NCBI GenBank assembly: GCA_015487785.1
Contig: WFPC01000015.1
Location: forward strand, 51,942 to 115,941
Length of the DNA: 64,000 nt
Direction of reading: 5' to 3'
Origin: Gammaproteobacteria bacterium
Lineage (GTDB): Bacteria > Pseudomonadota > Gammaproteobacteria > S012-40
Every line of letters starts with the position of its first letter. Within the stretch, counting starts at the first letter, position 1. Made by a program: the position numbers and the translations under genes. Positions 39,898 to 51,209 of the stretch are shown one piece after another. The notes under the pieces were generated by a model. It was not told the origin of the DNA. It saw only the letters and a program-made list of their open reading frames with translations, and did not search any database.

Positions 39898-42126
39898 ATG
39901 GCGCAAGAACGCACCATACGCTTGTCCATAGGTGGCATGAGTTGCGCCGGTTGTGTGGCGGCGGTGGAACAGGCCCTGGCGGCGATCCCCGGAGTGCACC
40001 AGTCCAGTGTCAATTTCGCCGAGCACACCGCCACCGTGGCTGGTGAAGTGGATGCCAAGACGGTGATCCAGGCCATCGTCGATGCCGGCTACGAAGCGGC
40101 CGAGCTGCGCGGCGCGGAGGACGAGCAGGAAAAGGAAGCGGCCGAGTTCGCCCATTACCGTCGCTTGTTGTACAAGAGTCTGTTTGCCGCCGTGGTGGGC
40201 GTTCCGTTGTTCGTTGCCGGCTTGCTGGATGCCCTGCCGCCGGTGGAGGAGGCGAGGGCGTTCTGGCTGTTCGTGGCGGTGCTCACCCTGGGCGTGTTGG
40301 TGGTCTCCGGGCGCCAGTTCTTCCAGGGCGCCTGGAAGGCCTTCTGGGCGCATAACGCCAACATGGACACTCTGATTGCCCTGGGTACCGGCACTGCCTG
40401 GGTTTATTCCACCCTCATCACCTTGTTTCCCGGTCTGGTGGATGCCATGTCACGGCATGTCTATTTCGAGGCCGCGGCCATCATCATCGCCCTGATCAAT
40501 TTCGGCTCCGCGCTGGAGATGAAGGCCCGGGGCAAGAGTTCCGAGGCCATCAAGCGCCTGATTGGCCTGCAGCCTCGCACCGCGCGGGTGGTGCGCAATG
40601 GCCAGGAGCTGGATGTGCCCATCGAACAGGTGGGACTGCAGGAAACGGTGCGGGTGCGCCCGGGCGAGAAGATCCCGGTGGATGGTATCATCATCGAGGG
40701 CGAGTCCTATGTGGACGAATCCATGCTCACCGGGGAGCCCATGCCGGTGGCCAAGGGCGTGGGCGACGAGGTGACCGGGGGCACGCTCAACAAGCAGGGC
40801 AGTTTTCTGTTTACCGCCACCCGCATCGGCCAGGATACCGCCCTGGCGCGCATCATCGAAATGGTGCGCGAGGCCCAGAACAGCAAGCCCGCCATCGGTC
40901 GCCTGGCCGACAGGATTTCTGCCGTGTTCGTGCCTGCGGTACTGTTGATCGCCGTGCTGACCTTCATGATCTGGTACAACTTCGGTCCCGAGCCAGTGGC
41001 CAGCTATACCCTGGTCACCACCATGACGGTGCTCATCATTGCCTGTCCCTGTGCCCTGGGGCTGGCCACACCCATTTCCATCATGGTGGCGGTGGGCAAG
41101 GCGGCGGAACACGGCATCCTGATCCGCAACGGCGAAGCCCTGCAGCAGGCGGGCAGGCTCGATACCCTACTGCTGGACAAGACCGGTACTCTCACCGAGG
41201 GTCAGCCCCGGCTCTTGACGGTAAAAAGCATCGGCGAGTATGGGGATAATGAAATCATACGCCTGGCAGCTACTCTTGAAGCTGGATCTGAGCATCCCCT
41301 GGCGGAGGCCTTGCGCCAGGCCGCGCAACAGCGCGGACTGGAACCGGGTAATACACAGGACTTCGAGGCCGTGGCCGGGCAAGGGGTGAAGGGCCATATC
41401 GAGGGCAGAGAGGTTCTGCTGGGCAATGAAAAACTGATGCACGCCCACGGCGTGGACACAAGCGTTCTGGCGGTACAGGCCGAGGCATTGGCCACCCAGG
41501 GGCAGACACCCATCTACCTGGCCCTGGAGGGACGCTGCGAGGCCATACTGGGCATCGCCGATCCCCTCAAGAAGGGCTCGGTGGCTGCTGTGCAGGCCCT
41601 GCACGAGATGGGACTCAAGGTGGTCATGATTACCGGTGACAATCGGCTCACCGCCGAGGCCATCGCCCGCCAGGCCGGGGTGGACCAGGTGATCGCCGAG
41701 GTGATGCCCGCCGACAAGGCCGACAAGGTGGCCGAGTTGCAGGCCCGCGGCGCGCGCGTAGGCATGGTGGGCGATGGCATCAACGATGCGCCGGCACTGG
41801 CCCGCGCCGAGGTGGGTTTCGCCATTGGCAGCGGCACCGACGTGGCCATAGAAAGTGCCGATGTCACCCTCATGGGCAGTTCGCTCAAGGGCGTGCCCAC
41901 GGCCATTCGCCTGTCGCGAGCCACCGTGCGCAACATCAAGCAGAACCTGTTCGGTGCCTTCATCTACAACAGCGTGGGCATTCCCGTGGCGGCCGGCGTG
42001 TTGTATCCGTTCATCGGCCTGTTGCTCAACCCCATGATCGCGGGGGCGGCCATGGCCATGTCCTCGGTGACCGTGGTGTCCAACGCCAACCGCCTGCGCT
42101 GGTTCGACGACAAGGAGTGGTCATGA
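39898..42126 (+). CDS. copA: Copper-translocating P1B-type ATPase
   Basis: Start taken at the ATG after the GGAGG SD; the track ORF starts at an upstream TTG. HMA domain GMSCAGC, CPC motif [19 protein letters not shown] phosphorylation site, GDGINDAP hinge. Confidence 0.95.
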   Translation: MAQERTIRLSIGGMSCAGCVAAVEQALAAIPGVHQSSVNFAEHTATVAGEVDAKTVIQAIVDAGYEAAELRGAEDEQEKEAAEFAHYRRLLYKSLFAAVVGVPLFVAGLLDALPPVEEARAFWLFVAVLTLGVLVVSGRQFFQGAWKAFWAHNANMDTLIALGTGTAWVYSTLITLFPGLVDAMSRHVYFEAAAIIIALINFGSALEMKARGKSSEAIKRLIGLQPRTARVVRNGQELDVPIEQVGLQETVRVRPGEKIPVDGIIIEGESYVDESMLTGEPMPVAKGVGDEVTGGTLNKQGSFLFTATRIGQDTALARIIEMVREAQNSKPAIGRLADRISAVFVPAVLLIAVLTFMIWYNFGPEPVASYTLVTTMTVLIIACPCALGLATPISIMVAVGKAAEHGILIRNGEALQQAGRLDTLLLDKTGTLTEGQPRLLTVKSIGEYGDNEIIRLAATLEAGSEHPLAEALRQAAQQRGLEPGNTQDFEAVAGQGVKGHIEGREVLLGNEKLMHAHGVDTSVLAVQAEALATQGQTPIYLALEGRCEAILGIADPLKKGSVAAVQALHEMGLKVVMITGDNRLTAEAIARQAGVDQVIAEVMPADKADKVAELQARGARVGMVGDGINDAPALARAEVGFAIGSGTDVAIESADVTLMGSSLKGVPTAIRLSRATVRNIKQNLFGAFIYNSVGIPVAAGVLYPFIGLLLNPMIAGAAMAMSSVTVVSNANRLRWFDDKEWS

Positions 42127-42212
42127 TGACGGACGTGATGGTCAATCTCACCGCCGCCACCCTGATGGCGATGATCATCTGGTGGTTCTGGATGTCGGGG
42201 CCGCGTCCTTGA
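42123..42212 (+). CDS. Candidate 29-aa hydrophobic micro-protein overlapping copA stop and lolA start
   Basis: ATGA overlap with the copA stop. [29 protein letters not shown]. Its TGA overlaps the in-frame TTG of lolA (cTTGAg). Not in the ORF track because it is under 60 aa. Confidence 0.3.
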   Translation: MMTDVMVNLTAATLMAMIIWWFWMSGPRP

Positions 42213-42820
42213 GTCGCCTGTTCGCGGTCCTGTTGGGCGTGTTGTCGCTGGTGGCGCCGGTGGGAGCGGACGAGGCTGCCTTGGAGACCTTTTTCGCCGA
42301 TCTCCACACTTTGCGGGCGGATTTCGAACAGTGGAGCAGCACGCCGGGAGCCCAGACCGCCCGGGGACGGCTCTACATCAGCCGGCCGGGCAAGTTTCGC
42401 TGGGACTATCTCGAGCCCTATCATCAGCAGATCGTCTCCGATGGTCGCCGCTTGTGGATCTACGACGAGGACCTGGAACAGGTCACCCTGCGACCGCTCG
42501 GCGCCAGCCTGGGCAATACGCCGGCCCTGTTGCTGAGCGAAGCGCGTCCGCTGGCGCAAAGCTTTAGCATACGCGATCGTGGCCGCGAGCAGGGCCTGCA
42601 CTGGCTGGAGCTGCGGCCGCTGGATGCCGAGCAGGCCAGTTTCAAGTGGATCCGCCTGGGTTTGGCCGACAATGGCCTGCGCCAGATGATCCTGCGCGAC
42701 AAGCTGGACCAGACCACCCGTCTGCGCTTTGGTCGGCTGGAGAAAAATCCGCCGTTGGATTCCGGCCTGTTCGATTTTCGCGTACCCGAAGGGGTGGATG
42801 TGTTCGAGGTGACCGAATAA
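42182..42820 (+). CDS. lolA: Outer-membrane lipoprotein carrier protein LolA
   Basis: Signal peptide [22 protein letters not shown] if the TTG at 42209 is the start; the track uses the GTG at 42182. Conserved LolA core (RLYISRPGKFRWDY, IVSDGRRLWIYD). Confidence 0.85.
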   Translation: MVLDVGAASLSRLFAVLLGVLSLVAPVGADEAALETFFADLHTLRADFEQWSSTPGAQTARGRLYISRPGKFRWDYLEPYHQQIVSDGRRLWIYDEDLEQVTLRPLGASLGNTPALLLSEARPLAQSFSIRDRGREQGLHWLELRPLDAEQASFKWIRLGLADNGLRQMILRDKLDQTTRLRFGRLEKNPPLDSGLFDFRVPEGVDVFEVTE

Positions 42821-42821
42821 C

Positions 42822-44150
42822 ATGTCCCAGGTTGGCCTGTTCGGCGATGCCGGCGAGCCACTGCGACCTCTGGCCGATCGCCTGCGCCCCCGTAAGCTGG
42901 AAGAATTCTTCGGTCAGCGGCATTTGCTGGGGGAGGGCAAGCCCCTGCGCCTGGCCATCGAGACAGGCCGCGTGCATTCGATGATATTCTGGGGACCGCC
43001 GGGAACCGGCAAGACCACCCTGGCCAGGCTGGTAGCTCGTGCCAGTGAGGCGGACTTCGTCACCCTCTCGGCGGTACTGGCCGGGGTCAAGGACATACGT
43101 CAGGCGGTGGAAACAGCGCGTGGGGCGCGAGAACAGGGTCGGGCCACGGTCTTGTTCGTGGACGAAGTGCATCGGTTCAACAAGGCCCAGCAGGATGCCT
43201 TGCTGCCCCATGTGGAGAATGGTACATTCCTGTTCATCGGCGCCACCACCGAGAATCCATCCTTCGAGCTCAACAACGCCTTGCTCTCCCGCGCCCGGGT
43301 CTATGTGCTCAAGGCACTCACCACCGAGGATATCCGTGCCATCATAGATCATGCCCTGAGTGACAGCGAGCGAGGGCTGGGCGGGCTGCAGTGGCAATTC
43401 CCCGAGGGTTTGCGCGATACGCTGGCTGCCGGGGTGGACGGCGATGCCCGCCGGGCCTTGAATTTCGTGGAAATTATCAGCGACCTGGCCGACCGGGGTG
43501 ATGGACAACGGGTGGTGGACGAGACCTTGCTCGACGAGGTCCTGCGGGGTGGCGCACGGCGCTTCGACAAGGGGGGAGAGGCCTTCTATGACCAGATCTC
43601 CGCCCTGCACAAGTCGGTGCGGGGTTCCGCTCCCGATGCCGCCCTGTACTGGCTGGCGCGCATGCTCGACGGCGGATGCGATCCCTTCTACATCGCCCGG
43701 CGGGTGGTGCGCATGGCCAGCGAGGATATCGGCAATGCCGATCCCCGTGCCCTGCGCCTGGCCCTGGACGCCTGGGAAGCCCTGGAGCGACTGGGTAGTC
43801 CCGAGGGTGAGCTGGCCTTGGGCCAGGCAGTGGTCTACCTGGCCTCGGTGCCCAAGAGCAATGCCGTTTACACCGCTTTCAAGGCGGCCATGAAGGATGC
43901 ACGCGAGGCCGGCTCACTGGAGGTGCCGCTGCACCTGCGCAATGCGCCTACCAAGCTGATGAAATCGCTGGACTATGGCAGACACTACCGCTATGCCCAT
44001 GACGAGCCCCATGGCTATGCCGCTGGCGAGGTCTATTTCCCTGAAGCATTGCAGGGGCGGCGCTATTACCAGCCGGTGGACCGGGGGTTGGAAAGCAAGA
44101 TCCGCCAGCGGCTGGAGCAATTGCGTCGTTGGGACGAGGAGGTGGGGTAG
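42822..44150 (+). CDS. rarA: Replication-associated recombination protein A (AAA+ ATPase)
   Basis: 442 aa. Walker A GPPGTGKTT, Walker B VLFVDEVHRFNK. lolA-rarA-serS synteny. Confidence 0.95.
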   Translation: MSQVGLFGDAGEPLRPLADRLRPRKLEEFFGQRHLLGEGKPLRLAIETGRVHSMIFWGPPGTGKTTLARLVARASEADFVTLSAVLAGVKDIRQAVETARGAREQGRATVLFVDEVHRFNKAQQDALLPHVENGTFLFIGATTENPSFELNNALLSRARVYVLKALTTEDIRAIIDHALSDSERGLGGLQWQFPEGLRDTLAAGVDGDARRALNFVEIISDLADRGDGQRVVDETLLDEVLRGGARRFDKGGEAFYDQISALHKSVRGSAPDAALYWLARMLDGGCDPFYIARRVVRMASEDIGNADPRALRLALDAWEALERLGSPEGELALGQAVVYLASVPKSNAVYTAFKAAMKDAREAGSLEVPLHLRNAPTKLMKSLDYGRHYRYAHDEPHGYAAGEVYFPEALQGRRYYQPVDRGLESKIRQRLEQLRRWDEEVG

Positions 44151-44216
44151 GCGGTTTGCGTCGTCTGTCCGGGGCGGTTATCATCCGCCGATCGAAACAG
44201 CCGGAGAGTTCGACAC

Positions 44217-44591
44217 GTGACACATCTTCTGGCCATTGCCCTGGGAGGGGCTCTGGGTTCGCTGGCCCGTTTCCTCACCTCACAGGGCATGCACGCCTGG
44301 CTGGGCAAGGCCTTTCCCTATGGCACCCTCACGGTCAATATCCTAGGATCCCTGGCCTTTGGCGTGTTGTTCGTGTTGCTGCTGGAACGCTGGACGGTGA
44401 GCGCCGATGTGCGCGCCTTCCTGATGGTGGGTTTCCTCGGCGCCTTTACCACCTTTTCCACCTTCTCCATGGAGACTCTGCACCTGTTGCTCAACGGCGA
44501 GGCCCTCAAGGCAGGGCTCAACATGGTGTTGAATGTATCCCTGTGTGTGTTCGCCGCCTGGGGCGGCGTGATGCTGGCCCGTCAATGGTGA
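44217..44591 (+). CDS. crcB: Fluoride ion channel CrcB/Fluc
   Basis: 124 aa, 4 TM. GALGSLARF and GFLGAFTTFSTF motifs. Confidence 0.9.
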   Translation: MTHLLAIALGGALGSLARFLTSQGMHAWLGKAFPYGTLTVNILGSLAFGVLFVLLLERWTVSADVRAFLMVGFLGAFTTFSTFSMETLHLLLNGEALKAGLNMVLNVSLCVFAAWGGVMLARQW

Positions 44592-44615
44592 CGGCCGCTT
44601 CCGCTATGGCTTTAA

Positions 44616-45914
<1,299 letters not shown>

Positions 45915-45925
45915 ATTGAGCCGCC

Positions 45926-48900
45926 TTACGGTGGCCCGCCGGACAGGTTCAGGGTCAGGGTGACGCCAGCGGTGAACAGCTCACGGCTGAGATCGTCACG
46001 CAGCAGATAGGCCAGGCTCAGCAGGGCATCGCTGCTGTCCGCGTCGCTGATGTAGAGCAGGGCGGTGCCCTCGCCCGGTTCGAGGCTGCCGTCGCTGAGA
46101 TAGGCCGGATCGGTTACCGATTCCAGGGCGGCCTGGCTGTCGGACGCTTGGAAGGCCAGCACACTCAGCGGGCGGTTGGAGAAATTGGCGATGATCAGGC
46201 CGAAGCGGCTGCCGGCCTTGAGCTGACCATCGGCGATCAATGGGTCGGCCAGGGCCCAGCGGCCGATGATGTTGCCCAGCGATTCGGTGGCGTAGACCGA
46301 CAAGGTGTTGACCACCAGCGAATCGCGAATTCGTGCGCGCACGGTGACGATGCCACTGTAGCTGGAGCGCAAGCGGAATGTCGCCTGGCCGTCGAGCGTG
46401 GTCACCTGGGTGGCGCTGAGAACGGCCTCGCCGGCGATGATTTCCAGCTCCACCACGCTGCCATCGAGAATGGGGGTGGAGGGGTCGGCGGCGCGGGTGT
46501 AGATGCGGATCAATGTTTCCTCTATGCCGTTATTGAGGATTACATTGGGGCTGGCGGCCATGACCAGGGCTACCGGCGCCCTGGGGTCGGCGCTGATTAC
46601 CAGGGCCTGGCTGGCCTCCACGCCATCGAAGCGCGCCCGCACCGTGATGGTGCCCGGGGCCACCGTGGTCAGCCGGCCGGAGCCATCCACGGTATTGTCG
46701 ATACTGGCCAGATTCTGGCCACCATCATCGAGGCTCCATGTGGCGGCTCGGGTGATGTCCTGGGCGCTGCCATCGGCAAACCGGGCAATGGCGGTGAGCG
46801 GCAGGGTAACGCCATAGGGCAGGCTGTCCAGCGCGGGCTGGATCTCGATGCTCTGCAAGGGGGCATCGGTAAGGCTCAGGTAACTGCTGGCCACTATCTC
46901 ACCCAGGCTGGCGTCGATGCGCACCGGATTGGCGGCGGCGGCCAGGGCACTGACCTGGCCCTGTTCACCCTCACCATTGGCCACGACGGCCAGTGCCTCG
47001 TCGGCGGAAACCCACAGGACCTGTTCGGTGAGATCCTGGCTGCTGCCATCGGAGAACTGGCCTCGGGCACGCAGGCCCAGGCGGGTGCCTGGGGCGAGCA
47101 CGGCGCTGGCAGGCTCGATGCTCAATTGCTGCAGGGTGGCATCGCTGATCTCCACCACATAGGTACTGGTCACGCCGGTCAGCGAGGCGGTGATGTTGAC
47201 CGTGCCGGCTTGTAGGGCGGTGAGCCTGCCAGTGGCATCGATTACCGCCAGGGCATCATCGGAAGAAGACCAGTCCACCTGTCCGGTGGCCAGTTGCTGG
47301 CTGCCGTCGGTGTAATTGGCCAGGGCCCGCAGGCGGGTAGCGGTACCGGCGGCAAGCCGGTCGGTGTCGCCCTCGATATTGAGTGAAATCAATCGGGCCG
47401 GTGTCACCTCGATGGTAGTGGAAGCGCTGATGCCAGCAAAGCTTACCGTCAACTGGGTCTGACCCTCGTTCTGGGCGCGCAGATTCTGCAACGAGCGGCT
47501 GCTGCCGGCCGTCACCACAATGGTGTCATCGGCCAGGCTCCAGGCAACCTGGGTGCTCAGATCCTGTTTGACGTTGTTGGAGTAGATACCGGTCACCGCG
47601 ATGGCGAACTGGCTGCCCTTGGCCACGGCAGGGTTGTTTGGCGTGATTTCTAGCGCCACCAGTTGTTCCTGCCCGATGGTGAGTTCGATGCTGTCACTCA
47701 GCCCGGCGGTGGCCGCTGTGACGCGCACCGTGCCCGCTCCCACGGCAGTGGCCAGGCCGGCCTGGCCCAGACCATTGTCGATGTCCAGCACGGCGGGATT
47801 GTCGCTACTCCAGTTGGCCTCGTTGCTGAGATCGCGGCTGCTGCCGTCGCTGTAGATGCCCATCACGCGCAGTTGCTGGCTGTTGCCATTGACCCAGGGC
47901 AGCAGGGGGGGCTGGATTTCCAGGCGCTGGAGGACCGCTTGGCTGATCTCCAGTACGGCCTCGGCGTTGTAACCCCGGTAACTGGCACTGAGAATGCCAC
48001 TGCCCGCCTGCAGCGCAAACAGCAGGCCCGGGGCATCGCCGGCCGTGTTGATCTGGGCCAGGCGGGTGTCGCCCAGACGCCACAGGGCCTCGGCGGTGAG
48101 ATCCTGGCGACTGCCGTCGGTATACACCCCCAGCAGACGCAATTGCTGTTGATCACCGGCGGCCAGACGTAATAGGGGTGGCTCGATCAAGACCCGCGCC
48201 AGGGTGACCGGCGGCGGATCCAGGACGATGCTGGCGCTGATACCGTCCAGCGTGGCGCTGAGGGTGACCTCTTGTCCTTCACTGGGTCGTGTAACCCACA
48301 CACCTCGAGGGTCGAGAATGATTTCCACCTGTGCGGAAGAACTCTGCCAGCGCACTTGCCGGGTGATATCGCTGCGGCTGGCGTCGCTGAAGATACCGGT
48401 GGCGGTAATGGGAATCAGGTCGGATTCGTCGTCGAGACCTTGTGCCGGCAATGTGATCTCGATGTCCTGGAGGCTGGCCGCCGTTACCTCGATGGCGAGC
48501 GTGGCTTCCAGTTCATCCAGGCGGGCCACGACTTGGGCAGTGCCTGTGGCCAAGGCCTGCAACAGGCCGGCATTCTCGCCAGTGGGCACGATCTCCAGCA
48601 CGTTGGTATCGCCGGACGACCAAATCACCGTGTCGCTGAGATCACGCTTGCTGTCGTCGGAATAGATGCCGATGGCACGCACCACCTGTTGTGTGCCAGC
48701 GGGCATTTGCCGGCTGTCGATTTCCACCGTCAGAGCGGTCAGGCGTGCCTCGCTCACCCGGAAGTCCAGGCGGCTCTCGATGCCGTCCAGGCTGGCGCGC
48801 ACGCTGGCCTGACCGCTGGCGCGGGCGCTCAACAGGCCCGGCTGACGGACGTTGTCGATGGCGATGATGTCGGGGTCGGAGGAAATCCAGCTCACCCGCG

Positions 48901-50194
48901 CAGTGATGTCGCTGCGCGAGCCGTCGGAATAGACGCCGGTGGCGCTCAGGCGCAGGGTGTCGCCTGTAGGCAGGACCAGGGTTTCGCTGGAGAGCAGAAT
49001 CTCGTTCAATATCGCTGGTGTCACGCTCACCGGCAGACGGTCATAGAGGCCATCGAACAAGGCAACCACCTCGGTGCTGCCGGGGGCTATGGCCTGTAGT
49101 TGGCCGCTGTTGGCGTCTACGGCCACCACGTCGCTGTTCTTGCTGGTCCAGACTACATCGCGGGTGATGTCCTGCACGCTACCATCACTGAAGTGGCCCA
49201 GGGCTTTGAGAGCGAGTGCCATGCCGGCAGCGAGTTCACTGCGCTCGGCCACGATGTCGATGGACTCGATCCGGGCTGCGCTGATTTCCAGCGAGAGCGT
49301 GTCGCTGATCCCGTCGACCGCGGCTTGCACGCTCACCGTGCCCGGCTGACGCGCATACAGCCAGGTTCGCCCGTCTTCGATCTCGATGCTGGCCGAGGCA
49401 GGCGGGTTCACGCTCCAGCTTGCCTGGCTGCTGAGATCCACCTGCCTGCCATTGTCATACGTGCCGGTGAGCACGATGGGGCTGCGAGTGCCACTGGCGA
49501 TGCGCTCTTCGTCCAGGGAAAGCGTGAGTCGGCTCAAGGTGTTCGCTACGATTTCGATGGGCACGCTGACACTCAGGCCCGGGTCACCGGTATAGCGGGC
49601 CACCAGCTCACCGCTGCCGGGCTGACGGGCTTGCAAGGTATTGTCCGGAGCCAGGTCGGCCAGGCCTTCCGGTTCGATACGCCAGTCTATCTGTTGTTCC
49701 AGGGCTTGCTTGCTGCCATCACTGAAAATGCCGACGGCATTCAGCCGGGTCTGATTTCCCTGGGCCAGGTTGATGACCACTGGGCTGATCTGGAGTTGCT
49801 CCAGGCTGGCATCGGTCACCTGGACCAGGGCATCGGCCTGGATCACACCCAGAGCGACGCCGATGCGGCCTTCTCCGGGCTCGACCGCACGGAACTGGCC
49901 GGGTTTTGTCAGCGGCTGGATTATTCCGTTGTCGGGCAGGATCCACTGCACCTCATGGGAAATATCACGCCGGCTGTCGTCCTGATAGATGCCGGTGGCG
50001 GTCAACTGGAAATGGGTGCCCTTGGCCACCTTGCCGAGTTTGGGCTTGAGCTGGATCTTCAGCAACAAGGGCGAAGTAGCGCTGGTGCCCAGGGGAGCAT
50101 TCATGCGCTCGCAACCCGTCAGCACCAGCACCATCAACGCGATGAGCAGGCCTATTCTGAACAGGGGCGTTAGCGGCAGGTATGGCATGGACAA
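45926..50194 (-). CDS. Giant surface lipoprotein with about 13 tandem bacterial Ig-like (Big_2) domains
   Basis: 1422 aa. Lipoprotein signal LMVLVLTGC. Repeating approx. 85-90-aa units with the core pattern L.ATG.YSDGS..D.T..V.W.SSD. C-terminal approx. 250 aa non-repetitive. Confidence 0.8.
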   Translation of the reverse strand: MSMPYLPLTPLFRIGLLIALMVLVLTGCERMNAPLGTSATSPLLLKIQLKPKLGKVAKGTHFQLTATGIYQDDSRRDISHEVQWILPDNGIIQPLTKPGQFRAVEPGEGRIGVALGVIQADALVQVTDASLEQLQISPVVINLAQGNQTRLNAVGIFSDGSKQALEQQIDWRIEPEGLADLAPDNTLQARQPGSGELVARYTGDPGLSVSVPIEIVANTLSRLTLSLDEERIASGTRSPIVLTGTYDNGRQVDLSSQASWSVNPPASASIEIEDGRTWLYARQPGTVSVQAAVDGISDTLSLEISAARIESIDIVAERSELAAGMALALKALGHFSDGSVQDITRDVVWTSKNSDVVAVDANSGQLQAIAPGSTEVVALFDGLYDRLPVSVTPAILNEILLSSETLVLPTGDTLRLSATGVYSDGSRSDITARVSWISSDPDIIAIDNVRQPGLLSARASGQASVRASLDGIESRLDFRVSEARLTALTVEIDSRQMPAGTQQVVRAIGIYSDDSKRDLSDTVIWSSGDTNVLEIVPTGENAGLLQALATGTAQVVARLDELEATLAIEVTAASLQDIEITLPAQGLDDESDLIPITATGIFSDASRSDITRQVRWQSSSAQVEIILDPRGVWVTRPSEGQEVTLSATLDGISASIVLDPPPVTLARVLIEPPLLRLAAGDQQQLRLLGVYTDGSRQDLTAEALWRLGDTRLAQINTAGDAPGLLFALQAGSGILSASYRGYNAEAVLEISQAVLQRLEIQPPLLPWVNGNSQQLRVMGIYSDGSSRDLSNEANWSSDNPAVLDIDNGLGQAGLATAVGAGTVRVTAATAGLSDSIELTIGQEQLVALEITPNNPAVAKGSQFAIAVTGIYSNNVKQDLSTQVAWSLADDTIVVTAGSSRSLQNLRAQNEGQTQLTVSFAGISASTTIEVTPARLISLNIEGDTDRLAAGTATRLRALANYTDGSQQLATGQVDWSSSDDALAVIDATGRLTALQAGTVNITASLTGVTSTYVVEISDATLQQLSIEPASAVLAPGTRLGLRARGQFSDGSSQDLTEQVLWVSADEALAVVANGEGEQGQVSALAAAANPVRIDASLGEIVASSYLSLTDAPLQSIEIQPALDSLPYGVTLPLTAIARFADGSAQDITRAATWSLDDGGQNLASIDNTVDGSGRLTTVAPGTITVRARFDGVEASQALVISADPRAPVALVMAASPNVILNNGIEETLIRIYTRAADPSTPILDGSVVELEIIAGEAVLSATQVTTLDGQATFRLRSSYSGIVTVRARIRDSLVVNTLSVYATESLGNIIGRWALADPLIADGQLKAGSRFGLIIANFSNRPLSVLAFQASDSQAALESVTDPAYLSDGSLEPGEGTALLYISDADSSDALLSLAYLLRDDLSRELFTAGVTLTLNLSGGPP

Positions 50195-50272
50195 TGTGCT
50201 TGATCAGGCTTATAGCAAGGTTAGCGTACCGCAGAGAGTTTACTTTAAAAGGGAAGGATACCGGCCGGACGG

Positions 50273-50548
50273 TTAGGCCTCTTCCAGGGCCAGTGGCTCG
50301 ATATCGAGAAACTCGGGCGACAACTCGGTGCTGCCGTTACTGAAGATGGGAATGGTATAGGTTTTGGGTACCCGGCGGTGGGCTTCACCATGCTGGTCGG
50401 CCTGGATGCCTAGATGGGCTTCGAGATCGGTCAGCACCACGCTCAGGTCTTCCTCCAGAATTTCCACGATTTCGCAATAGACCCCGCGGTATTTCACCCT
50501 GAGACCGATCATGCCGCGTAACTTTTCGAAATCTATGGCAGTATCCAT
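50273..50548 (-). CDS. Hypothetical small acidic protein (91 aa)
   Basis: Only the C-terminal third of the 231-aa track ORF, from MDTAIDFEKLRGM...; the upstream part overlaps the LMW-PTP gene on the other strand and has Arg/Pro-rich nonsense composition. Lies 78 nt upstream of the giant Big_2 gene on the same strand. Confidence 0.45.
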   Translation of the reverse strand: MDTAIDFEKLRGMIGLRVKYRGVYCEIVEILEEDLSVVLTDLEAHLGIQADQHGEAHRRVPKTYTIPIFSNGSTELSPEFLDIEPLALEEA

Positions 50549-50664
50549 GGCTACCCAAGCGGTTACCCGAAGTAGTATGATGCAGCGGTAATGTATCCTA
50601 ACCACCGCTGCTTCGAGTGTAGGTTGTTTTCCGCGGCCTAGCAAGCAATTTGGAGCCATACGCA

Positions 50665-51165
50665 ATGGAAGAAAAAATCGCCGTCTTGTTTGTCTGCATG
50701 GGCAATATCTGCCGCTCACCCACCGCCCAGGGCGTGTTCGAACGCCTGGTGAGCCAACAAGGGCTGAGCGAACACATCCTGATCGACTCCGCGGGCACCC
50801 ATGCCTATCACGTGGGCAATCCACCCGACCGTCGCGCCCAGCAGGCAGCCGCCGCACGGGGAGTTGATCTGAGTGTCCAGCGGGCACGCCAGGTGCAGCG
50901 GCAGGACTTCGAGCGCTTCGACTACATCCTGGTAATGGACCGGGAGAACGAAACTGAATTGCGGGCACGTTGTCCGGAGCCCTGGCAGGACAAAATCCAA
51001 TTGTTCCTGGACTATGCCCCGGAATTTCCTGAAACCGAGGTGCCCGATCCCTACTATGGCGGCCAGCGGGGCTTCGAGCAGGTGCTGGATCTCATCGAGG
51101 CAGCCTCGGAGGGGCTGCTCGAACACCTGCGCAAGACCCATTTCCCGGTTCAACCCCGTGCATGA
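50665..51165 (+). CDS. Low-molecular-weight protein-tyrosine phosphatase
   Basis: CX5R P-loop VLFVCMGNICRSP and DPYYG D-loop. Start at MEEKIAVLF; the track uses an upstream TTG. Confidence 0.9.
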   Translation: MEEKIAVLFVCMGNICRSPTAQGVFERLVSQQGLSEHILIDSAGTHAYHVGNPPDRRAQQAAAARGVDLSVQRARQVQRQDFERFDYILVMDRENETELRARCPEPWQDKIQLFLDYAPEFPETEVPDPYYGGQRGFEQVLDLIEAASEGLLEHLRKTHFPVQPRA

Positions 51166-51209
51166 TTGGTGTATCATCTGCGCCTTTTTGAGACAGCCGT
51201 GGAAGCACA

